A stretch of DNA of 47,928 bases from a virus. The stretch's first letter is position 1, and every line of letters begins with the position of its first letter. The stretch spans positions 1 through 47,928 of IMG/VR virus record IMGVR_UViG_3300020582_000001; one strand, written 5' to 3'. The translations under genes and the position numbers were made by a program. A model generated the notes under the pieces. The model was not told where the DNA came from and did no database searches. It saw only the letters and a list, made by a program, of their open reading frames with translations. This document shows positions 34,361-41,909 of the stretch, piece after piece.

Positions 34361-34743
34361 CGCGCATTCCCCAAAAAGTGTCTACCAGACCAGATCGAGG
34401 CTGTCGGCTTGGAACAGGGCGCGACCTTGGACAATTCGTCGGGCGTTCCGTAACCAAGCGCAACCTGCCCGGGGCCGCGACCGTACAGAGGATGCCCAAG
34501 CTGTTCCTGCACGCGCTGCTCAATAGGCTGATCGCGTTTATTGAACTCAGCTTCGGCGCGCTTCATGTTCGCTTCGGCGGTGAAGATACTAGCCTCGTTA
34601 AATTTGGCTGCCGCATAACCCTCGGCCCAAGTCTCATCTCTTTTAAACTTAACATCGAACTCCGCTGCCTTGTAACCATCGTCCCAAGCCTCATCAAGCA
34701 ACTTATCGACATAGATCGACTGCTTGGTAGTGAACTTCCTCAT
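34357..34743 (-). CDS. Hypothetical protein (128 aa)
   Basis: ATGA-type overlaps with both neighbours. Internal GY.AA.F repeats (DDGYKAAEFD / AEGYAAAKFN). Confidence 0.6.
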   Translation of the reverse strand: MRKFTTKQSIYVDKLLDEAWDDGYKAAEFDVKFKRDETWAEGYAAAKFNEASIFTAEANMKRAEAEFNKRDQPIEQRVQEQLGHPLYGRGPGQVALGYGTPDELSKVAPCSKPTASIWSGRHFLGNAR

Positions 34744-34898
34744 TTGGTTTTCCTTCTAGGTTTGGCTTTGTAAAGCCGGCCATCCTCATAAGCGTGTTGT
34801 TCGGCGATGCTCCATGTGTCATAGAGAGGGTGAAAAGGTTCTCCATTCCTATAATCCTCCTCGCCCATCGCGAAGAACTTTTGGAGTTTGGGGCTCAT
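34740..34898 (-). CDS. Hypothetical small protein (52 aa)
   Basis: Start taken at ATG 34898, which forms an ATGA overlap with the upstream stop (MSPKLQKFFAMGEEDYRNG..), not track start 34994. Confidence 0.5.
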   Translation of the reverse strand: MSPKLQKFFAMGEEDYRNGEPFHPLYDTWSIAEQHAYEDGRLYKAKPRRKTK

Positions 34899-35131
34899 TC
34901 GGTGGCCGGGAGATTGTCCAATTGTATCCATTTGCCTGTTTGATAGGCCCAAGCGGTTCCATCTGTTGCTACGGCATAAAGCCGGCCAAAACACACCGTC
35001 ACGCTGGCGAACTTACGGGGTGCTGGCTTGTATTGTGCCGCCCGTTTGGCAGCGACTTCGGCGAGCGCGTTAGCTTGTTTGGCAGCAACTTCGGCGAGCG
35101 CGTTAGCTTCAGCTTGTGCATCAAAACCCAT
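34895..35131 (-). CDS. Hypothetical protein (78 aa) with internal 11-aa duplication
   Basis: SD aggagg lies 8 nt upstream. ANALAEVAAKQ/ANALAEVAAKR is encoded by a 33-bp tandem duplication (35045-35077 / 35078-35110). Confidence 0.6.
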   Translation of the reverse strand: MGFDAQAEANALAEVAAKQANALAEVAAKRAAQYKPAPRKFASVTVCFGRLYAVATDGTAWAYQTGKWIQLDNLPATE

Positions 35132-35224
35132 AGTTTATTCCTCCTAAAACGGGGTCGTGCATCCCCATGCACATATTAACCCACTCACGCCACATGTCGC
35201 GATAGGACAAGAAAGCTGAGAGGG

Positions 35225-35380
35225 TCATCGCTTCTGCGCAGTCTTCGCCTTCTTAACAGGCGCGAGTAGATTGACGGAACTAGTGCTAGAGCCTCGGGCG
35301 TCAACGCGACCCTTCTTCGGGCCAAGGCGTTCCTGCTTAGCAGCCTTGCGGCGGTTCCTAGCGATACAACAGACACTCAT
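35225..35380 (-). CDS. Small basic protein (51 aa; below the track cutoff)
   Basis: Hand-translated: MSVCCIARNRRKAAKQERLGPKKGRVDARGSSTSSVNLLAPVKKAKTAQKR. The ATG forms an ATGA overlap with the upstream ORF. It competes with track ORF 35185..35376, which is in another frame. Confidence 0.4.
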   Translation of the reverse strand: MSVCCIARNRRKAAKQERLGPKKGRVDARGSSTSSVNLLAPVKKAKTAQKR

Positions 35381-35535
35381 GAGAGACCGTCCACTCTATC
35401 AAGAACCTCACTGAGAGTACCGTGCTCATCAAAAACATGAAGCGCAGCCCAAAAATCCTCTGCGCTCTCTTCATCGAGGTTAAGACACCCTTCCTTTATG
35501 CAGGTGAGGCAGTGGATAAAGTCTTTATAGCTCAT
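35377..35535 (-). CDS. Small acidic protein (52 aa; below the track cutoff)
   Basis: Hand-translated: MSYKDFIHCLTCIKEGCLNLDEESAEDFWAALHVFDEHGTLSEVLDRVDGLS. SD aaggga lies upstream. Confidence 0.5.
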   Translation of the reverse strand: MSYKDFIHCLTCIKEGCLNLDEESAEDFWAALHVFDEHGTLSEVLDRVDGLS

Positions 35536-35548
35536 AGCATTTTCCCTT

Positions 35549-35722
35549 TCATTCGACTACCCACCAGTTTCCGTATTCATTCGTCAGATATGTGTAAACG
35601 ATCCCCAAGCGGGAGGAGTACGCCCAACGTGAGGTATCCTCTGCCTCCCACCTACCTGGGTAGTAGATGAAACGCCGGCCATGGAAGGGACCGCCGATGC
35701 AGATGCCATCAAGTTTGGTCAC
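35549..35722 (-). CDS. Small protein (57 aa; below the track cutoff)
   Basis: Hand-translated from a GTG start: VTKLDGICIGGPFHGRRFIYYPGRWEAEDTSRWAYSSRLGIVYTYLTNEYGNWWVVE. GTGA overlap with the upstream ORF. Confidence 0.5.
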   Translation of the reverse strand: MTKLDGICIGGPFHGRRFIYYPGRWEAEDTSRWAYSSRLGIVYTYLTNEYGNWWVVE

Positions 35723-35844
35723 AACATTTTCCCTTCTTGGGCTGCCTTGTCCGCTTCATCAACGATATCCCGCAAGCGACGCTTTGTCATCTCCATCAGT
35801 CTGAGATAATTCCATAGGCGGCGAGCATTCAACGCATCATTCAC
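35719..35844 (-). CDS. Small helical protein (41 aa)
   Basis: Hand-translated from a GTG start after GAGGGA: VNDALNARRLWNYLRLMEMTKRRLRDIVDEADKAAQEGKML. Confidence 0.4.
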   Translation of the reverse strand: MNDALNARRLWNYLRLMEMTKRRLRDIVDEADKAAQEGKML

Positions 35845-35899
35845 TTCTTTTCCCTCGGCACTAAAAACTTGTCAGGATCATGCCAAGCCAGCGACATCT

Positions 35900-36001
35900 T
35901 CATGCGTCATCGTCCCAAGGGTAGCAAAGAGCATTGGGGTAATAGTCCCACAGCCATCGCCAGCGCTGCTGACAGATAGCTAAACCACGATAGAGGTTCA
36001 T
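35900..36001 (-). CDS. Micro-ORF (33 aa), Trp/Cys-rich
   Basis: Hand-translated: MNLYRGLAICQQRWRWLWDYYPNALCYPWDDDA. ATGA overlap with the stop of 35998..36300. A further 20-codon ORF (35841..35903) bridges to the next gene with ATGA/GTGA overlaps. Confidence 0.3.
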   Translation of the reverse strand: MNLYRGLAICQQRWRWLWDYYPNALCYPWDDDA

Positions 36002-36300
36002 GCCGGTTCCTTTGGAGTTGGGGGTTCGCCGTCGGCCCAGTCGGAGTAGATCAGGGCGGCAACGTAGGCACCATACTCTCTAGCGTATGGCGTGGCTTTA
36101 TCCGCTAGAGCGAGCAATCGTGCTGTTGTTACGCCGCGTTTCTTTGCCAGGCGATTGATGCGTTCAATGTCAGGCAGGGTTTGCTCGCGCTTGTTAGGAT
36201 CATCTTCGAGCGGGGAAGGCCAGACGATCGTTTCCACAAAGGCACCTGGCTCCGCTAGGCTCATCATCCGGGAAAGAGCCTCAACCGTCTTTTTCGTCAT
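35998..36300 (-). CDS. Hypothetical protein (100 aa from ATG 36300)
   Basis: MTKKTVEALSRMMSLAEPGAFVETIVW... The track start 36429 is a TTG without an SD. The true start is uncertain (36300 or 36264). Confidence 0.55.
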   Translation of the reverse strand: MTKKTVEALSRMMSLAEPGAFVETIVWPSPLEDDPNKREQTLPDIERINRLAKKRGVTTARLLALADKATPYAREYGAYVAALIYSDWADGEPPTPKEPA

Positions 36301-36457
36301 CCCATTTGTACTCCCAACCCCGCTCAGTTTTTGCAGCGGGCAGCATTTTGTTAATGAATGGAAGGGCTGGGCAATTCTCAGTGCGAGGTTCCCCAAGACA
36401 GGCCCGCTCAGCACACGTATGCTGGTCAATCGGGCACATGCGGAAAAAGACGCTCAT
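36281..36457 (-). CDS. Small Cys-containing protein (58 aa; below the track cutoff)
   Basis: Hand-translated: MSVFFRMCPIDQHTCAERACLGEPRTENCPALPFINKMLPAAKTERGWEYKWDDEKDG. Strong SD GAGGAGG lies 5-6 nt upstream, and there is an ATGA overlap with the acidic protein gene. Confidence 0.45.
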   Translation of the reverse strand: MSVFFRMCPIDQHTCAERACLGEPRTENCPALPFINKMLPAAKTERGWEYKWDDEKDG

Positions 36458-36723
36458 TCTTCCTCCTCAGGCCAAAAATCATCAATATCATAATAGGTAT
36501 CGGCACCATGATAATCCTCATCATAATATCTGGCACCATGATAACTAGGATCGTGGAGATCGACGGCACCGTCGTCGTAGCCTGCATCGTAATCTGACTG
36601 TAGATCACCAGCGTTACGTCTGGATAGCCCTTCTAGGGCATCATCATAGCCCTCGTCATAGGCTGCTACCTGCAATTCGAGCAGTTCTACCTCGGTAGCT
36701 GGCATGGGAATGTATGTCACCAC
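36454..36723 (-). CDS. Highly acidic Asp/Tyr-rich protein (about 88 aa), DNA-mimic/anti-restriction candidate
   Basis: ..AAYDEGYDDALEG..SDYDAGYDDGAVDLHDPSYHGARYYDEDYHGADTYYDIDDFWPEEEE. About one third Asp/Glu, many Tyr, and a repeated GYDD motif. GTG start at 36723 or 36720. Confidence 0.65.
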   Translation of the reverse strand: MVTYIPMPATEVELLELQVAAYDEGYDDALEGLSRRNAGDLQSDYDAGYDDGAVDLHDPSYHGARYYDEDYHGADTYYDIDDFWPEEEE

Positions 36724-36806
36724 TTGGTTCCTTTCCGTAAGCCGGTGAAGAAGAGAACGAGAAGCAGGAATATGGAGAAGAGGATGGCAACTGCCACCCC
36801 CTCCAT
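36717..36806 (-). CDS. Possible 29-aa single-TM micro-protein
   Basis: Hand-translated: MEGVAVAILFSIFLLLVLFFTGLRKGTKW. Its stop forms GTGA with the downstream GTG start. The SD is weak. Track ORF 36656..36847 in another frame looks like a shadow. Confidence 0.3.
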   Translation of the reverse strand: MEGVAVAILFSIFLLLVLFFTGLRKGTKW

Positions 36807-36858
36807 CCCGTTGATGATGCTGACCAGGGTGCAGTGAACTTGGTCAAGCTGACAGATA

Positions 36859-37734
36859 TTAAAACTCATCCCGGTTCACTTTCTTATCACTCTGCTGGGA
36901 ATGCAACTTGATGTCGAACAGGGCACGGACTTCCTTAGATGCCGCTTCATAATCACGGACAACCTGGAAACTGGCGTCACCTTGCCCTTTCAAAGCGAGT
37001 GGCAACCCCATTTTTATAGCATCGAACTGCTGCGCAAACCAGATGCTCTTGTTGGGCATGTCGAGATATGACCGCCATAACTTAGTAGCGGCTTCCTCGT
37101 CCGGGGACGGGTCTTCTCTAACCCGTTCTTTTCTCAGCTTTGGTGTAGGGAGAGGGGATTGAGTTTCGGACGCCAATTTAGCCTCAAGCATGTGAATGTG
37201 GGCGACATGTTCCTCCCGTATCTGATGTACGTGATGCAATTCCAACTGCACGGCTCCAAGGTCGGCTCGGAGCGCCAGCACTTCGTCGCTAGGACCGATT
37301 AACGCGGTGCGGTGGGGCATGTACCAAGCGTCGAACACCCGAAGGTTATCGAAGCCCATAGCCTCCACGATGCGGCGTGCCTGGTTAGCCTCATGATGGA
37401 CCGGGGCCTTAGCCTGCTCGGCGATCTCACGGCGGGTCTCGGCTAGAGCCTCTTCCTCACTTTCTACAGGATCATTTTGCTGAACTAGTTCAGCAGATTT
37501 CTTATGTTCAATAGCAAGGATTTTATAGGCGGCACGATAAGTGATGGTGAGATTGTTTTCTACCCAAGCCTCCCATCCCTGGTCGGTTTCACCAGCTTCG
37601 ATCCTTCCATGAGCCTCAATAATGAGTTGATTTCGGGTATCGCGATATGCGCGGGCATCCTTTACTGCCTTACCCATTTTCTCGGTAAGAGCGTTGATTT
37701 TGCCGGCAACAGTTTCGAGGGTGTCATTCGCCAT
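36859..37734 (-). CDS. Hypothetical coiled-coil protein (291 aa)
   Basis: Long ORF; the ATG lies inside the last codons of the upstream gene (11-nt overlap). No family recognised. Confidence 0.7.
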   Translation of the reverse strand: MANDTLETVAGKINALTEKMGKAVKDARAYRDTRNQLIIEAHGRIEAGETDQGWEAWVENNLTITYRAAYKILAIEHKKSAELVQQNDPVESEEEALAETRREIAEQAKAPVHHEANQARRIVEAMGFDNLRVFDAWYMPHRTALIGPSDEVLALRADLGAVQLELHHVHQIREEHVAHIHMLEAKLASETQSPLPTPKLRKERVREDPSPDEEAATKLWRSYLDMPNKSIWFAQQFDAIKMGLPLALKGQGDASFQVVRDYEAASKEVRALFDIKLHSQQSDKKVNRDEF

Positions 37735-38137
37735 TGGTGGTGATCCTTTTCAGGTTCGGGCGGATGGTCGGAACAGTTTCGTTGGCACCGTGATAAGTGG
37801 GATCGGGGTGGCGGTGATCGCGGGTGTTGTCTTCGCCGTCGCGGTCGTCTACCGCTTCGTAAACCTTTTCCTCGCCGGTGACGTTCTGAATATCCAGTTG
37901 CGCGGGAATACCGCGGTCGATGCTGTTAAAACCATAAGCGCAAGGATGGCTTGTAGGCGAGCGCCCCGGTGCTGTTACGTAGGATTGTACCATATCCTTA
38001 GACATGATCCCATCAAGCGGCTCGCGGTATCGTCGGCTGAAAGAGAACCAGTATTCCGGTGGGTTCCGATTAGCGTTAGCCTCAGACTGGCAGGAGTGCC
38101 AGATATAGGCGAGTGCGGTATCCAAATTCGTGTTCAC
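37724..38137 (-). CDS. Hypothetical protein (137 aa), first gene of the minus-strand block downstream of the inverted primase gene
   Basis: GTG start 8 nt after AAGGAG. Only 43 bp separate it from the divergent primase-helicase start. Confidence 0.6.
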   Translation of the reverse strand: MNTNLDTALAYIWHSCQSEANANRNPPEYWFSFSRRYREPLDGIMSKDMVQSYVTAPGRSPTSHPCAYGFNSIDRGIPAQLDIQNVTGEEKVYEAVDDRDGEDNTRDHRHPDPTYHGANETVPTIRPNLKRITTNGE

Positions 38138-38180
38138 GTGGTATGCTCCTTATGTTTCATAGAGTTAGTGGAGAGTACGA

Positions 38181-39950
38181 ATGAGTTATGCGATTTTGCA
38201 GGCTGCCCTCCGTTTGGCAGAGGCTGGTATCCCGGTATTCCCCACCAGTGGGAAGATGCCGGTAACGATGTACGGATTTAAGGACGCTACCTCGCATCGT
38301 AAAACGATTACCGATTGGTTTGAGCACACGGATTACAACATCGCCATTGTGCCAGCCTCAGCGGGTTGGCTTGTGGTTGATGTTGATCTAGGTGCTGATC
38401 CTGATTTGGTGAGCCAGTTACCACCAACATTTACGGTTCGTACACCGTCTGGTGGTCATCATTATTATTACGACGATGAGGGCCTGGGCGAGATAGGAAA
38501 TGCGAAACTCGCCGCTAGGGTTGATATCCGCCATGCAAGCGGATACGTGCTCGTGCCACCATCGGCGGGGTATGTTCAGATTGATCGACGTGATCCTGTT
38601 CCTTTGCCAAAGTGGGTGAGTGAGAAGCTTGCACATAGGTCGGATGCTCCGGCCCACGTGGAAGGCTCTCCGGTGGCCGTGGATGAGCTATTAAGCACCA
38701 TAGGCAGAATTGACCCGGCTTGCGATTATAACGCCTGGGTGCGCGTCCTGGCGGCTTTGGCAGCTACTCCATATGAGCCGAAGGATGGTGAGCTTAGCAA
38801 AGCGGATATCGCCATAGCTTGGTCAAATGGGGAGTACAGCGGGGAGGTTCCGGCTAACGCGTGTGGGTACGATTATGACATGGAGGGTAAGCTCGCCTCG
38901 TTTGGTAGTGAGGGAGTGGGTTATGGGACGCTGCTATATCTGGCTTACCCACCAGCGACAACAGCGATCCCGGATGATTTGAATGCGGATAGGTTTACCG
39001 CCGAAGCCTGGCTGGCTCGCGACGATCTCGCGGAACGGGAGCAGTTGATCGGTCCCATAAGCAAAACATCAAGAGTGATGCTGGTGGCACCGACAGGAGT
39101 AGGCAAAACGCACGTGGCGATGGCGATAGCATGTAGTATATCGTCTGGAGTGTCATGGTTGCCTCATTGGAATGTACCGTCAGCGGAGAGAGTGCTGTAC
39201 ATCGACGGTGAAATGCCAGCGACGTTGATTAGGGATCGGATTAAGGAAGCGGTTAGCCGAGTGGGAGTTGATAATCTCCAAGGTAGGCTAACATTTCTCA
39301 ATTACGCCGACTTTCTGTCAGAGCTAGGTGGCTTCCCAGCTATGGAGAGTGTGGATGGTCAGGTTTTTATCGACGATTGGCTGAAACAGACTGGAGCGAA
39401 GTTTGTGATCTTCGACAACATACAGAGTTTGACCATCGGGGATATGAAGGAAACGGATAGTTGGAGAATGGTGCAAGCATTTTGCCGCAAGCTAACGGAT
39501 CAAGGGATCGGGCAATTGTGGGTGCACCATGCTAACAAAGATGGGAGCATGTACGGGGATAAAACGAGGGCGTATCAGTTCGACACGGTTATGAGTTTGA
39601 AGCCGGTCGATGATAGCGATAAGGAAACGGACGAATTGACGTTCGATCTTGGGTACCAGAAAACGAGGGAACTGCACCCGGAGAAAACTGCGGCTTGGTA
39701 TGCAACAGGGAGAGTGTCGCTTTCAAAATCACTCGGCTGGCAGTTTCGATCTAAAGCGGCGATCGAAGAGCGAGCGATTGTGGAAGCGGTACAAGGTGGG
39801 GAAACGTACACAACGGGGGAATTGGTCGAATTGCTCGGTATCAACAAAATGACGTTAGGGAGGTACGCGAAAGGGAAATGGTCCAAGTACGTTGTACTGG
39901 GATCAAAACCCCTTCGCTGGATGATGTCACGTGTTACCGACGATTTTTAG
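38181..39950 (+). CDS. Bifunctional primase-polymerase (PrimPol) fused to a RepA/DnaB-like P-loop helicase domain
   Basis: N-terminus: ..AGIPVFP..GFKDAT..VVDVDLG..TPSGGHHYYY..DIRHASGYVLVPPS (PrimPol signature). C-terminus: Walker A VMLVAPTGVGKTHVA and Walker B KFVIFDNIQSL. It is the only plus-strand gene inside the early arm. Confidence 0.85.
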   Translation: MSYAILQAALRLAEAGIPVFPTSGKMPVTMYGFKDATSHRKTITDWFEHTDYNIAIVPASAGWLVVDVDLGADPDLVSQLPPTFTVRTPSGGHHYYYDDEGLGEIGNAKLAARVDIRHASGYVLVPPSAGYVQIDRRDPVPLPKWVSEKLAHRSDAPAHVEGSPVAVDELLSTIGRIDPACDYNAWVRVLAALAATPYEPKDGELSKADIAIAWSNGEYSGEVPANACGYDYDMEGKLASFGSEGVGYGTLLYLAYPPATTAIPDDLNADRFTAEAWLARDDLAEREQLIGPISKTSRVMLVAPTGVGKTHVAMAIACSISSGVSWLPHWNVPSAERVLYIDGEMPATLIRDRIKEAVSRVGVDNLQGRLTFLNYADFLSELGGFPAMESVDGQVFIDDWLKQTGAKFVIFDNIQSLTIGDMKETDSWRMVQAFCRKLTDQGIGQLWVHHANKDGSMYGDKTRAYQFDTVMSLKPVDDSDKETDELTFDLGYQKTRELHPEKTAAWYATGRVSLSKSLGWQFRSKAAIEERAIVEAVQGGETYTTGELVELLGINKMTLGRYAKGKWSKYVVLGSKPLRWMMSRVTDDF

Positions 39951-39985
39951 AAAGTGAGGAACAGCAACGCTAAAAGCGGGTAACA

Positions 39986-40018
39986 CTGTAACCCCCTATA
40001 ATAGGGGGGGTGTTACAG
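39986..40018. terminator. Imperfect hairpin between convergent genes (bidirectional terminator candidate)
   Basis: ctgtaaccccctat / ataggggggtgttacag (ccccc:ggggg plus gtaa:ttac with a bulge). It is followed by ttttaaggttttgggtttt on the plus strand and by cgctttt on the minus strand. Confidence 0.55.
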
Positions 40019-40060
40019 GTACCCTTTTAAGGTTTTGGGTTTTCCCGGTAACACTGGCGG

Positions 40061-40312
40061 TTAGCGATACGAAAGAAGGTCGAGCCGCTGGTGATCCTTA
40101 TCGCACTCGGTACAACGATGACATGGAAATTCGCCGGAGCATTGGTGAGTGTTAGCTTCGGGTTCCAATTCAGATTTGAGGTATGCTAACAATTGGCGGG
40201 CTTCATCGTCCGAGATAGCGGTGCACCCAAGTTTGCCGTCAATTGTTAGCCTGAACCAAGAGAGGGTGAAGTGGCGCTCGATTGTGACAGTGGGTCCTAT
40301 GTTAACGATCAT
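40061..40312 (-). CDS. Hypothetical protein (83 aa) with C-terminal Cys/His cluster
   Basis: AGGAG lies 5 nt upstream. ..HQCSGEFPCHRCTECDKDH.. is a possible zinc-binding motif. Confidence 0.6.
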   Translation of the reverse strand: MIVNIGPTVTIERHFTLSWFRLTIDGKLGCTAISDDEARQLLAYLKSELEPEANTHQCSGEFPCHRCTECDKDHQRLDLLSYR

Positions 40313-40320
40313 GCTAACTC

Positions 40321-40674
40321 CTACAGGTGAGAGAGAAGGATTTCCGAGATTACCTCGGCTTCGGTAGGGTCGAAAATGATTTGGTGCTCACCTTGCAAAT
40401 GGCGATCACCAATTTTATAAACACGGACGACGAAGCCGGCAGCTTCCAAAGCCTCAATTGCGTCTTCGTCGAAAAAATATTTGATGGTTCCTGGAGTGGG
40501 AAATGCGAAGCGCCGGTTTTTAAATTGCCAAGGATCATCAATCCCATCATCTTCGGGTGCCGGCAACCTGTTCCCAGCATCATAAATTGCGTCGATATAA
40601 TCCATTTCTCTAATTATAGATCGGCACCAGGGTCCACATTTTAACTCGGCATGTTCGATGCGGTACACTTCCAT
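40321..40674 (-). CDS. Hypothetical protein (117 aa)
   Basis: The ATG at 40674 overlaps the upstream stop (TGATG). MEVYRIEHAELKCGPWCRS... Confidence 0.6.
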   Translation of the reverse strand: MEVYRIEHAELKCGPWCRSIIREMDYIDAIYDAGNRLPAPEDDGIDDPWQFKNRRFAFPTPGTIKYFFDEDAIEALEAAGFVVRVYKIGDRHLQGEHQIIFDPTEAEVISEILLSHL

Positions 40675-41234
40675 CACGCCACCATGCTAGTGTGGAGGTT
40701 AGAGATATGATCGGGTTTGTCACCTTCGCGTTCGGCAACATATTCGCACCAGCCGTTCCATAGACGCTCACAACCACCTAGAGCGGCGCATGTGTCGATG
40801 TAGGATTGGATACGGTGCCAACGTGTGCGAGCGCTGTAGTTTGGCTCGATACGAAATGACCTTGGGGATAACCCGAAGCGAACGACGTTGTGGGTATCCA
40901 GGCAACCAACTCGTCCGTATAGCAATTGGCAGCAGAAGCCAGCCTTAGCAGCTTGGATGCCAGGTATACGGAGAAACACCGCCATGAGTGCAGCGTCGTC
41001 ATGAGCCTCTTCCGCATCTTGGTATAAGCTGTCAGCGTGCTGGGTGAGGTAGGAGAGACCGTTTAGTTTTGAGCCAAAGAATACCGCTGATGGGTATTCC
41101 CCCGTCCTGGCAGCCTCCGCAGCGTCTCGTAGGTGCACGCGAATTGTACTGAGCACAAACTCACACACTTTTGTAAAGTTATGGGGATTAGCGCGCCCCC
41201 ATTGGGATATGCGCGGCTGGTGATCGGCAAACAT
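40674..41234 (-). CDS. Hypothetical protein with helix-hairpin-helix (HhH-GPD-like) segment
   Basis: 186 aa. ..LRIPGIQAAKAGFCCQLLYGRVGCLDTHNVVRFGL.. resembles the GiG..tA...l...g....D.H..r pattern of HhH-GPD proteins. The call is weak. Confidence 0.6.
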   Translation of the reverse strand: MFADHQPRISQWGRANPHNFTKVCEFVLSTIRVHLRDAAEAARTGEYPSAVFFGSKLNGLSYLTQHADSLYQDAEEAHDDAALMAVFLRIPGIQAAKAGFCCQLLYGRVGCLDTHNVVRFGLSPRSFRIEPNYSARTRWHRIQSYIDTCAALGGCERLWNGWCEYVAEREGDKPDHISNLHTSMVA

Positions 41235-41256
41235 GATATCTCCCTTCTAAACAATG

Positions 41257-41281
41257 CTGCTCACTCACACGGAATGAGCAG
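41257..41281 (-). other. Intercistronic hairpin (7-bp stem, 11-nt loop)
   Basis: ctgctca (41257-41263) pairs with tgagcag (41275-41281), between the stop at 41295 and the SD/ATG at 41234. There is no strong T-run. Confidence 0.4.
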
Positions 41282-41294
41282 TGATCTTTAGAAG

Positions 41295-41720
41295 TTATTC
41301 ACCACGACGCTTTTGTGGTGTGTTACGATCGGGTACGCCAGCATATTTGGGGAACAGTTTTTCTTTATCCCAAGGTGCGGGCTCGGACGGATACACCCAA
41401 GTTTCGGGCTCAATCTCTTCTAAGCAATGTCCACGTGCAACACCATCCTTGTGCACAACATATACATCTTTCATGTTGGTATAGTTGACTAGGAAGATGA
41501 TGCAGTCTGCTACTTGACTGTCGGACAGGGACGCAACGCGGTAAACAGTGATAAATTCTTCCTCACCACGCCAGCCGCCAGTTGCACAATAACGAGTGTA
41601 CCCAAGCGCCATATCGGTGAGCATGCCGTGCCAGTTTGCAAATGCGTCCCTGCTGACAAGGTGGTCCACCAGATGGAACACGGTTTCGCGGCCAAGAGCG
41701 TCAACGCGGTAGGTTTTCAT
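41295..41720 (-). CDS. Hypothetical protein (141 aa)
   Basis: ATGA overlap with the upstream small paralog gene. No family recognised. Confidence 0.65.
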   Translation of the reverse strand: MKTYRVDALGRETVFHLVDHLVSRDAFANWHGMLTDMALGYTRYCATGGWRGEEEFITVYRVASLSDSQVADCIIFLVNYTNMKDVYVVHKDGVARGHCLEEIEPETWVYPSEPAPWDKEKLFPKYAGVPDRNTPQKRRGE

Positions 41721-41896
41721 AGCATGTATCCTTTCGGGCCGACCCCACTCACTTTGAAGTACCCATTAAGGTAGCAAAATTGTTGGTTGTATCGGCAGGC
41801 TACTCGATTGGCTTCCTCCCATGTGTTGTAATAGGCGGCACCTATCCGGGCGCCTCTATATACTTCTTTCCAGTAAATCACGCGATAATGGATCAT
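41717..41896 (-). CDS. Small protein, paralog 2 of a tandem pair (59 aa; below the track cutoff)
   Basis: Hand-translated: MIHYRVIYWKEVYRGARIGAAYYNTWEEANRVACRYNQQFCYLNGYFKVSGVGPKGYML. It aligns with 41910..42098. Confidence 0.6.
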   Translation of the reverse strand: MIHYRVIYWKEVYRGARIGAAYYNTWEEANRVACRYNQQFCYLNGYFKVSGVGPKGYML

Positions 41897-41909
41897 GGTG
41901 TTAGTTCCT

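Noticed and set aside
35185-35376. 63-aa minus-strand track ORF (GTG start)
   Set aside because: It has a Leu/Arg-rich shadow-like sequence. The alternative frame starting at ATG 35380 is ATGA-coupled to the upstream ORF and gives a more protein-like basic peptide. Confidence is low either way.
36656-36847. 63-aa minus-strand track ORF (TTG start)
   Set aside because: It is Ser/Trp/Gly-rich with no SD, and it overlaps the start of the acidic protein gene. A 29-aa TM peptide in another frame fits the coupling pattern better.
37694-38281. 195-aa plus-strand ORF spanning the divergent junction
   Set aside because: It runs antisense through 37724..38137 and then out of frame into the primase gene. 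It has no SD and a Val/Arg/Gly-rich composition.
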